Part shown: positions 9,761 to 19,859 of the stretch, one piece after another | Position numbering within the stretch: the first letter of the stretch is position 1 | Layout: each line of letters starts with the position of its first letter | NCBI GenBank assembly: GCA_049724395.1 | Contig: JAUGWO010000155.1 | Location: 124,001-152,830, forward strand | Source: Spongospora subterranea f. sp. subterranea | Taxonomy: Eukaryota | DNA: 28,830 nt | Reading direction: 5' to 3' | Made by a program: the position numbers and the translations under genes | Notes under the pieces: model-generated | What the model saw: only the letters and a program-made list of their open reading frames with translations | What the model was told of the DNA's origin: nothing | Database searches by the model: none

Positions 9761-10255
9761 TTACATGTAGGATTTTGCCTTGCCAGCGATTGCTCCCACA
9801 TAATCGGCCGCAATCCTGTAAGTGGCGGTGGAGACTTCGACTGTTGTTCCCAATAGCGTTGTAGGTGGTGGCGCGTTGCGAGCAATTGCAATGCCAATGC
9901 CGACGGCGGCAGATTTTGTTGCCGATAGAGTTGCACTTGACGCCTGTTGAGTAAAGCTATAAATGTCGTCTTTTGTAATGGCTGCGACAACACCGCCAAC
10001 AGCACCGCTTGCAACGGCGGCTTTGGCTGTCAATAGAGCTGCACTTGATGATTGTAGAATGGCGGCGGTCCCAAATGCAGACAAAGGAGCATGAAGTGTT
10101 CCAACGGTCGTGACAACGCCAAACTGCGACATCGCCACAGGAACCAGCATACCGGCCCCCAATCCTGCAGCTATCGGTACAGCAACCCCAATAGCAGTTC
10201 CAATCATCACACGCTTGGACAACGATGATCCGATTGGTTCGGTTGTATACTTCAT
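9761..10255 (-). CDS. IFI6/IFI27-like Gly/Ala-rich membrane protein (type B) with Ala/Thr-rich C-terminal extension, 164 aa
   Basis: MKYTTEPIG..LVPVAMSQFGVVTTVGTLHAPLSAFGTAAILQSSSAALLTAKA; clean ATG(10255)-TAA ORF. Confidence 0.7.
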   Translation of the reverse strand: MKYTTEPIGSSLSKRVMIGTAIGVAVPIAAGLGAGMLVPVAMSQFGVVTTVGTLHAPLSAFGTAAILQSSSAALLTAKAAVASGAVGGVVAAITKDDIYSFTQQASSATLSATKSAAVGIGIAIARNAPPPTTLLGTTVEVSTATYRIAADYVGAIAGKAKSYM

Positions 10256-10409
10256 ATTGTGGTTCTGACAAAGTGGCGAAGGCGCGGAACAATAGAGATG
10301 TAAATCACGAGATGAACAATGGCCACTCCACCATCCCAATCCTGTCGGAAACTTGACCTGCGCTGTAGATTCCCGGTTTTGAGATACTATTAATCTGTAG
10401 ATTGATATC

Positions 10410-12327
10410 TTAACCCTGACCCCAGCCCAAAAAATACAGTTTTCTAAAGCAAATTCTGATCCCCATTGGATTTTTCTAGAAAAAAATTTGACGATCATTT
10501 TTGAGCGGATGTGAAGTGCGCCCACCAGGTTTTTGGTTCCGCCACAAAATCATTGGTGGCCTAGCTGCGCTTTGTGAGGGGTCTCTCAAAGGTAAAGTGT
10601 GAGAAAGACGTCTTTGTTGACGGATCGAAGTACAATTTGGTTCATTTTCTGTTGGCAATCCATGATCGATATTGCACTGCGAATTTCTTGACACAATGGC
10701 GACCATCGAAGAATTTTTTGCGAGCGATTCCAGCGATGAAGAGTGGGATTGTCCACAAAACACCGAGTGGAATTTCTTGAGTGCAGGCCAGCTCGGAGAG
10801 TTCAACATCACTAGTACAGGGATGGACGAAGTGCTGCTTTCAACTGCAATTCCAGAAATCAAGGCACTTTGTCGCAATGCTCGATAATCAAGGATACAAG
10901 CTTTTGTGGGAAATTGCAGAGCGTGGACTGCTTCGGAAAAAGGTTGATGATCAACGAATGGTCCATTTAATGGCCACATCAGTTGATGGGGTTTTTGTAC
11001 TTTCTCCTCCAGCTGACGGCGATCCTTTTGCTTGTGCTTGAAGTCAAAACCATGACTACCGATACCACAGTTCAAAAAGCGAATGACCGTTTAAGGAAGG
11101 CATGGGATCTCACTGGAAGTCAATCTCAAAATTTCTGTGCTGTTTCTTTTCATAGTCCTTTGTTCAAGCACTTGGTCTGGACAGTCGATTACAGGGCGCA
11201 AATCGTGCAACATTTGTCAGTCACATCTTTGAGGCATTGCTTGTTTACAGTTGCTGATGTCACTCACATCATTTATGCGGTATTGATAGAGGTCGACCTG
11301 CCAACCCTTGAAATTTACGAAAGCATAATCGACCGCTGTTGCACGAACCATCTACAGTACTTCTCACGCTCCGATTCATCACAAAGTTTGGATCTCAACC
11401 CTGAGGAGTTCGGGCACGCGGTTGATTTGAACACTGTAAAGGTCTGGAAAAATCTGCAATCGGCGATCGAAAAGCATTGCGCTAATTTTCAAACGCTGAA
11501 GCCTGCCCATGACATGGTTCCTTTCGCAGTTGCTCAGTGGAATCACTATAAAGGCGGACAGGATATTGTTTCTCGTATTTTGAAAAATGTGAAGGTGGAT
11601 TTCCGATCTCTGTCACCAAGGGCGTACATCGTTATGCGTATGATTATGACTGCTCTAATGAATTCACATATGGTTTTGCGGCTTCTGAAGCACGAAGAAC
11701 GACTGGGATCATTCCAAACATACAAACATTTGAAACAATCCCTGAACAAAGACAGTTCTTTTTGGAGTTTTCTGAGTGTATTTGTAAATGACTGGGTCCC
11801 ATCAGCTCGCTTCATTACAAGTGTTGACGACGCTGCAGAAATTGGATTGGAACGACAAGGTTCCAATAACATTGACCGCCCAGCTGACAACGCCGCAACA
11901 GCCCCGAAAAGAAACAAGCTGGGCGTGGTTGAATTCGCCAGCAGGATGCACAATCCGTTTACAAAAAGATACTCTCCATGCGCGAGTGTCTCACAAAAGA
12001 AAAGAATGTCCCATTTGTGGCACACAAACAACGGTCGCCTGTACGATTTGTGGCGTACACGTTTGCGGTGAGAAAGCGTTTGGGCAGCGCCGTTCATGTT
12101 GGGACATTCTACATACCGCTCAGAGAATGGAAAAGCGGGACCGTCCTTGCCGTGAATCAGGAGCTCGAGGACGACGTGGTAGACGACGTGTATCTGGGCA
12201 TTTTTCTGACACCCAAGAACCAACAATTAGGTCAAGAGGACGTGTGAGAACGGCTTCCCAAAGCAGTTCAAAAAGCGCATTTACGGCAATTTGGTTTTTG
12301 AGGCGAAATATAATCATTTTTTTTTAA
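10410..12327 (+). mobile_element. piggyBac-like DNA transposon relic whose transposase contains a YqaJ/lambda-exonuclease-like domain; internally deleted, two frameshifts, right TIR not found
   Basis: TTAA|CCCTGACCCC at 10410-10423; acidic N-terminus from ATG 10696; ERGLL..ATSVDG..LEVKT and YRAQIVQHLSVTSLRHCLF (YqaJ-type); WNHYKGGQDIVSR..ALMNSHMV (piggyBac YN..GGVD..N.Y-like); C-terminal CPICG..CTICGVHVC..SCWDILH zinc ribbon. Confidence 0.65.
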
Positions 12328-12482
12328 GCTTGGTGTCGTTCAGACTTAATTAGTCAAGCCAGATTTATTGTTTGATAGAAAAAGCTGTGCCCTCAGACAC
12401 AATCTCAGGTGTTCAAAATCGTAGCCGGCCTACACAGTCATTAGTGCCGCAGCCTCTCAACAAATCACACTGCTGATAAAAC

Positions 12483-13049
12483 CAAGGCTGGCAAAAACCT
12501 ACTTTTTCGGAAAACTGAAATTAGGGTTTAGGTTTTTCATTTCAAAAACCTTTTTTGTTAAGGTTTTTCATCATCATGCCGTATTTCCACTTTTTGCGTC
12601 GAGGAGTAGGTTTCTGGTGAAAACACCAGTTTTGCTGGGTTTCGAACTTATCTCATCCATTGTATTATTCAATTTGCTGAGGCTGATCATCGTTGGCATC
12701 ATAATCTTCTTCTGAACTCCATTGGGGACGAACATCGTCCACAGCTCTTTCTTTTGGATGCATCATCGTTAGGGACAGGAGCTGAAGCACTTGACCCGGT
12801 CGCTGGCACAAACACGAAGCCTCAGGCATCAACGATCCTGATTCATCGATGGATAGCGCTCTTCGTGCAAGGTATCGATCATCTCGTCGTCCATGACTCG
12901 CTTTGGAGTTGGTTATGTTCGTAATGGATACCTCTACTTGCACATTGTTTCAAAAACCTTGAAAAACCTTATTTTCTACTCTATCTGAAAGGCAAAAAAG
13001 GTTTTTCCAAATAACCTCAAAAACCTTCTGGGTGAAAAACCCCGCTCTG
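12483..13049. mobile_element. Possible non-autonomous hAT-like element or MITE
   Basis: Imperfect inverted ends CAAGGCTGG / CAGAGCGGG, with clusters of AAAAACC/GGTTTTT subterminal repeats at 12490-12640 and 12950-13045. No TSD recognised. Confidence 0.35.
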
Positions 13050-13380
13050 CAAAGTACACTGGGCGACGTCATGTCCGCGGATTACGTGTCACCGTTAGTC
13101 ACAAAGCCATAGACCGAGTCTTCATTCTCATTTCGATTATGAATGGAAACTTTGAACGAGAAAATAGATGTAGCAGAGGCGGAACTCGCGGCTGCGAAGA
13201 CGGAACTCGCGGCTGCAAAGGCGGCCTTTGCCAGCGCGGAGAGGGAAAGATCTCCTACTTGCTTATGCCTCTTCAGTCAACTCCTCAAGTCAACTCTCAA
13301 ACCTCTTTAGTCAACTCGTTTATGCAGGATCGGAGTGCCCTCAGACAGCAATTGCACGACCTTCAGTTTGGGTTGCCACC

Positions 13381-13514
13381 AAGGAAATACGGACCTGGGC
13401 TTCCACTCTTGGTCATCGACCTGTCCATTTGCTTTGATTGTGAACTCCTTTGCGCCCGCAAGGGATGCAAAGTGCGAATGCATTAGTTGATCACTATTAG
13501 CCGAAACTTCGTCT
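13381..13514 (-). repeat. Inverted duplicate (about 134 bp) of 14339-14471
   Basis: Near-perfect reverse complement; also visible in the ORF track as the shared peptide RKYGPGL.LLV.DLSICFDCELLCARKGCKVRMH on opposite strands. Confidence 0.95.
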
Positions 13515-15100
13515 CACCGTTTATTTTTATCGAGGGATCGTCTGGATCCGGCAAGACCCAAACGGCCTTTAACGTCAAGAGTTTGGTTGAACGGGTATTT
13601 AGTGGCATGTTAGTTCGGTGCGGGCACCCAGTCGATTTATTGCTATTTTAAGTTTCCTTCAATGTTCTTTCAAAAATGTGCGGCACAAGATGTCCGAGAG
13701 ATTGGCGATGTTACACCCGATGCTTTGAGAATGCAAAAATCGTACACTTTTGGGTATATTTGCTTGCTTTTGTCGGAACCGCGCCAAGATGATTTGTCAA
13801 TTCAATCGGTTGCAAAGGAGTCTTATGATACAGTCCAGAATATTCTTTCAAACCGTCAACCTCCCGTGGTGATTCTTGATGAATTTATATGACCTCTTTA
13901 CCACGAGCAAGAGTTTCTGGCCAGGTTTATGCGAAACATTTTTCGGTGTCTAAGGTTCCCAGTAATTATTTTGGGCACTGATTCGCGTGCCGCCAACGTA
14001 AGAACTCAAATCGGGCAGAGTTCCTCCGATCTTCATCCACACGATTGATGTTACGTCTACTGATCATTGCCCCTGGTCAATACTGATGCCCTGGGTTTAC
14101 CCGACTTTATTGACCCAAAATTCGAATATATGTTAGCACACTCGCGCCCGCGTTTTAGCCAAATTGCTGCGGAATTCATGCGATCACAGTCTCAGGACCG
14201 TTCATTTGATGCTGATTGCTTCGACTCTCTTTGGAAGGAAGTATACAGCAGTACTGTCAGGATCAAACCATTCTTTGAAAATTCTTTTGGATGCTTAGGG
14301 CAAGTCCGGCTTTTTATGAACGCATCTTATCCATAACAAGACGAAGTTTCGGCTAATAGTGCCCAACTGATGCATTCGCACTTTGCATCCCTTGCGGGCG
14401 CAAAGGAGTTCACAATCAAAGCAAATGGACAGGTCGACGACCAAGAGTAGAAGCCCAGGTCCGTATTTCCTGCCATGGATGAGGATGATGGGTGGTAGAG
14501 ATATGCCAGCTTTTTGGAACGCATCAAATCGTATCCCATTCGTCCGCTTTCTGGACATGCTCATGACGTCTAATTTGATGTCAAGCTGTAATATAGTTTT
14601 CGATAATTATCAACAGCCGGCAAACGATGGAATGTTTTTGGAAGCTGTAATTACAGCCACGATCTGCATGGCATCACATGCACATGGCGTAAGGGGAGGC
14701 AAGCTCAGAGAATTTTCAACTCAACTGGCGTACGAGCTGACTGAACAAAAAACTTTGAATGCTCCTCGGCTCAATTTACGGTCCCGTTCCTATCTCCGCC
14801 AAATCTCATCTGGCCTGTAAATCTGAGTCAAATCTCCGGGTGCTTATTCGGCAATCTGTTCCGAACGATCAACGCTCGCAGGTTGGACTTGTCCTCGGAT
14901 TGCCGCATCACTGGGGAAGCAAAGGACTATAAATACTCCAATCAAAATAGGAGTTATGACTCAAATTATTGAGCGAATCCCCCACGACTCCTTACTTCAT
15001 TTCGTATTTGTGAGAGAACTTCAAAAGTCGTACTTCCGGTCAAAAGCTCAGTATTAGATCAATTTTCGAAGTCGACTCAATTGCATCAAAATGCGTATTT

Positions 15101-16260
15101 GCCCAGTTGCGAATATTGCCATGCGAACAGCCCAGTTGCGAATATTGCCATCGAACAGCCCATGCGAATATTGCCATGCGAACAGCCCAGTTGCAATTGC
15201 CATGCGAACAGCCCAGATGCGAATATTGCCGTAAGCCCAGTTGCGAATATTGGGATGCGAAGCAGCCAGAGATGCGAATATTCCAACTCGAACAGCCCAG
15301 TTGCGAATACATGCGAACAGCCCAACGAACTATTGCCATGCGAACAGCCCAGTTGCGAATATTGCCATGCGAACAGATTGCCATGCGAACAGCCCAGATG
15401 CGAATATTGCCATGCGAACAGCCCAGATGCGAATATTGCCATGCGAACAGCCCAGTTAAGCGAATATTGCCATGCGAACAGCCCAGATGCGAATATTGCC
15501 ATGCGAACAGCCCAGTTGCGAATATTGCCTGCGAACGCCCCGAATAATCAGTTCATTTGAACAGCCCAGTTGCGAATATTGTGCGAACAGCCCAGTTGCG
15601 AATTTGCCATGAGTTGCGAATATTGCCATCAGCCCAGATGCGAATATTGCGAACAGCCCGTTGCGAATATTCATGCGAACAGCCCAGATGCGAATATTCC
15701 GAACGCCCAATGCGAAATTGCCGCTCATGCGAATATTTGCGAACAGCCCAGTTGAATATTGCCATCGAACAGCCCAGATGCGAATATTGCCATGCGAACT
15801 GGCGAGCCCAGCGAATATTGCCATGCGACTCAATATTGCCAAACAGCCCAGATCAAATTAGCGAACAGCCCAGTTGCGAATATTGCCATGCGATCAGCCC
15901 AGATGCGAATATTGCCATGCGAACAGCCCAGTTGCGAATATTGTGCGAACAGCCCAGATGCGAATATTGCCATGCGAACAGCCCAGTTGCGAATATTGCC
16001 ATGCGAACAGCCCAGTTGCGAATATTGCCATGCGAACAGCCCAGATGCGAATATTGCCATGCGAACAGCCCATGCGAATATTGCCATGCGAACAGTTGCC
16101 CAGAACAGCCCAGTGCGAATATTGCCATGCGAACAGCCCAGTTGCGAATATTGAATATGCGAATATTGCCATGCGAACATTGCGAATATTGCCATGCGAA
16201 CAGCCCAGATGCGAATATTGCCATGCGAACAGCCCAGTTGCGAATATTGCCATGCGAACA
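15101..16260 (+). repeat. 29-bp minisatellite, about 40 units, consensus GCCCAG(T/A)TGCGAATATTGCCATGCGAACA
   Basis: Direct tandem repeats with no spacers and many small indels; the same 29-mer occurs once at 27285-27313 in the intact paralog. Confidence 0.97.
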
Positions 16261-18939
16261 GCCAAAACTAGTGGAAGTGAAAGGTCTTCCCAAGAATAAC
16301 CCCCAAGCAACTTGCGCGGTCGTTTTTGTTGTTTGTTCGTCATTGCCGACAAAATATAAATAAACAGTAACAGTCAATTGTCGCCATTATCATCTTCAAG
16401 TGGATCAACCGATTCTTCCCTATTGATTGTCGAGGGGTTCGCTCTGCTCTTCCCGGTTTAAAGGTTAAGGTTGTTGTCCTCATCGATTTTAATGTAGGTC
16501 GCTCTACTCTTCTTTGTTTGAAGTCGACAGACTCATTTGTCATTACAAAAACATTTTGGCAGAAGCAGGTTGGAGTCAAAACAACAAAATATTGAACTCA
16601 GATTTCCAACTAGAACCATCTCATTCTGGTCTCCATAAATTCAGCAATTCATCATTTTGGTCTCTACAGGTTCATGAATTGCTCACTCTGGCCTCCACAA
16701 TGTTGTCAATTCCTCATCCTTCGCAGTCCTTCCATCATCGGGAATTTAATCATCATCAGCTTAATCTAAATGAGCGCTGTATTGAAGATCTTTCCATGTG
16801 CTTCAATCCTATTCCGTTTCTGGCTGTTTTCCCTTCTGTTGAAACCTCGCCGTTTGGCATTGTACGTGTGTGCTTTTGCAAAGGGTGTGCTCGAGTCAGA
16901 GCGTGTCCCAAATCTCGCAAGTTATCAATCAGCGATCTGGGCTTGCTTTCATTGGGTGCGAAGCATACTAAATGAATTCGGCCAGTGAAAAGGGACATGC
17001 GCCTTTCTCTGTAGGCCTTGGCTTGCTGAGCACGGTACAGTTCTAATCGCCCTCAATTGCGGCTTCGCATCCACACAAATTCTACAGCGTGACTACACCA
17101 ATCTCAAAGTCCCCTTTCATACCACAAACTTGTGGTCGACTCCAAAAGCCGAGTCAAAAACATCCACTAAAGGGAGAATTTGAATAAGCGGTTGGCATCA
17201 CTTCGTAAGGAGGTATTTGGGCTGCCGATCGGCTGGTCACTCCATCTGACCAGTTCGAAATAGGAGATTTTTGTTTTTTGTGAAGATGTTATCATGGACC
17301 TCTGATATCTGGAAATCATTTGACGGAAGAAACGTCCTGTCATATCCTGTTCATGACGTTGAATCCGCAATCGATTGAGCCTTAAATCAACAGCAATTGC
17401 ACAGCGTTGGTCTCATGCAAATGTTGTATGGGTTTTCTGCAGAACAGGAGTTTCACATTGTCGACATGATGGACACCGTGTTTCCGAAACATCCATCCCA
17501 TATCACCAACCCGTATACCGAGCTTTCCAATTCTAAACCTCTTGTTTCTAAGTGGCGATACTGGACAAAATTCGAAAGCCAAGGCTGACAGACAAACCGA
17601 GTATGTGGGGCTTTAGAAGCTGAAAATCAGGATTACACGTGACGATGCTGATTTCAGCGTTCGTTGGTCATAAATTGAGCCTTTAGCGGCCTCTCTTGAT
17701 GCTCTTCGATGTAAGAGCGACGTGTGGCGTCTTTGGACCTTAGACCGTTGAGTACCAGCCACGATTACCTATCCGACGGCACACCTTGGACGGCCTGGAA
17801 CATTGTCCTGAATCAACTTCGTGCAAAACACTGCAAATGATTAATATTGAGCCCGAATCAAAGCCTGTTGTCAACGATAAATTCCCACGAGAAACTAGAA
17901 AATTGCCGCAAATGACTGTTGGTCGGGCTGACAAGACAATGCGACCCGTCGTCATCTAGTTAATTTGTAGGTGATTGCAAATTTTGGCAGATTGTTAACA
18001 AACCGTGAACGCGCCTTTTATGGCTAACCGATTCAAAAAACGCATTTTGCTGTTGTGAATGGTTGGGCCGTCCTGTGAGAATGGTGTGCCCAGATACGAT
18101 CAACCTATGAACCAGGCATCGGTTAAGGCGACCTCGGCAATGGGACTCGGAGGACACAATCGATTGCCGTCTTCAGCGATCGGCTGGTCCCAGTCGACTC
18201 GGGTTTGCCGAAGGTCGCTGATTCAAACTCTGATCCCGACACATCCTGTCGTGAATATCATCCGACCGGATCATCGCGACCTTCGCCTGCATCACCCAGA
18301 ATATCCAGCCAACGCTGCACAAGCTTCTAACTTCCCAGAATCGGAACAGAATCACACCCGATTCTAATGATTATTTCCAATCTCTCACCGTTTATCTCAA
18401 TACCATCTCTCCTTGCATGTTTCTGTAGATCTGGTTGTTTTCGATGTCGGTTCGTGCTGTGGGTTTCTCCGTTTTCGGCGCTGTCCATTTGCGTCTCCCG
18501 ATATTTTCAACAACAATCGCGTCGCCCTTCAACGGGGGTGTTTGCTGACGGTGACAAGTTGGGCCATGTTCCAGTAGTTTCGCCATGTTCCAGTTCCTGT
18601 TGGAATGGGCCGATGTTGACGTCAAAGGCGGCGCTCGGCCGAACTTCCTTGACGGTCGCCAGCGGGTGCAAAAATCGGGACGATCGCAACTGTGCCGATT
18701 TGAGCGGCATTAGCCCATTGATAAATGATGCAAGGATCGCGTTTCCTCACAATCATTGTGATTTTGGAACTGGCCCGTTCCTGTTCCACAGGTCGTTGGG
18801 AATTTCAAATATCTGGTCGAAGCGGGAGCCCGCCACGATTAAGTCGATCACAACGGAGACCGGCGTTGATCCTGGCCCTGATTGATCGACAATTGCGAGT
18901 AAGGTCGTCGGTGAACGAAGTCGCATCAAGCGTTGATCA

Positions 18940-19819
18940 CTTGTATCAGTGTTGGTATCGGGGAACTGCTGCTGGACAATGGCGCCAATGTCAACGCCGC
19001 CGACATCAGAGGAAGGACCGCCCCTTCATGTTCGCTGCGAAATCGGGGGAAGGTATTTTTCGACAACGATTTTGTTGATCACCAGAGTCTCATTTTGTCT
19101 CACTCTGCTAGATTTTACCTGTAAACGCGTTGTTGCGCTAATTCTCGGTTTTCCAATGTGTTCAGATATGAGTGTTTGATATATCGTCACCCTAAAATAC
19201 ACTTTTCATGATCATTTATGGATTATGTTCTTGTTGTTATTGTTGTGAATTTTCGTTCTGATTTTATCGTCTATGTCGGTTGTACCTTGACCCTATATAG
19301 TATATTGGCCATATCGCCACACACTGGACCGTGTGTTGTCTCGATCTCGGGGCAGCGCCGCTCTCGTCGTCCATGGCTAGGTTTCTCAGATTTTACGTGA
19401 ATAGGAGTGGGTGGATCCAATCGCTACTGGATCGCGGCGCCAATGTCCAATCGGCGTTGGATCTCGCCTGTCGATACCGTGAACTGATTTATGTGCCCCC
19501 CGAGAGCTGTAGCAATTCCGGTCGTTGGTCGACGTCGACCACCCGTTCGATTGCGCCAGGATTCATGGGTTGTTGTTGTGTTGTTCATGGCGAGAGACAG
19601 ATCGAGAAACGGCCTGAGGAGATGGGCGGGAGAACGGTTGTCGCTTGTGCGATCAACGTCGATTATCTGTCGACGCTGACTGTAGTCGCAGGAACGATTT
19701 GCTGTCTGAGCGAATCTGGCGCCTTGATTGAGAATAACATCAGCGAACGACTAACGCGCGCCAAAGTGGTTGAAAAATCGCGAATATTGACAATGGATGA
19801 CGAGTTGGGGAATCATTGA
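18940..19819 (+). pseudogene. Degenerate ankyrin-repeat gene fragments
   Basis: GIGELLLDNGANVNAADIRGRTA/PLHV.. and IQSLLDRGANVQSALDLAC, plus LSESGALIE; frameshifted, possibly with introns. Confidence 0.65.
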
Positions 19820-19859
19820 CCAACACAAACATAACCAGATGAGTCGGGTTCGACGACAC

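Larger units (their letters stand above)
13143..16363 (+). pseudogene. Pseudogenised paralog of the Crinkler-like NTPase-REase gene at 25190-27416
   Basis: 13515-16381 is collinear with 25621-27434. Stops at 13890, 14046, 14061, 14334 and 14448, several deletions, a 1-bp insertion near 14933, and the minisatellite expansion. Preceded by a distinct header METLNEKIDVAEAELAAAKTELAAAKAAFASAE. Confidence 0.9.

Noticed and set aside
11546..12226. 226-aa minus-strand ORF
   Set aside because: Antisense to the piggyBac-like transposase, with no recognisable motifs.
12521..12535. Telomeric TTTAGGG seed or right piggyBac TIR (ttagggtttagg)
   Set aside because: Fewer than two full telomere units, and it does not match the reverse complement of CCCTGACCCC followed by TTAA.
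15101..16260. CRISPR array (29-bp repeats with a partial palindrome)
   Set aside because: Units abut directly with no unique spacers, there are no cas genes, the context is eukaryotic, and the unit is a piece of the host gene's coding sequence.
15081..16363. Multiheme cytochrome c (repeated CEYCH = CxxCH motifs)
   Set aside because: CxxCH arises from off-frame reading of the 29-bp unit; three units give the 29-aa cycle CEYCHANSPVANIAMRTAQLRILPCEQP. The native frame is AQLRILPCEQP, there is no signal peptide, and the upstream gene is broken.
16400..18900. Possible decayed genes (several short ORFs on both strands)
   Set aside because: No motif I can recognise and no consistent frame; left unannotated.
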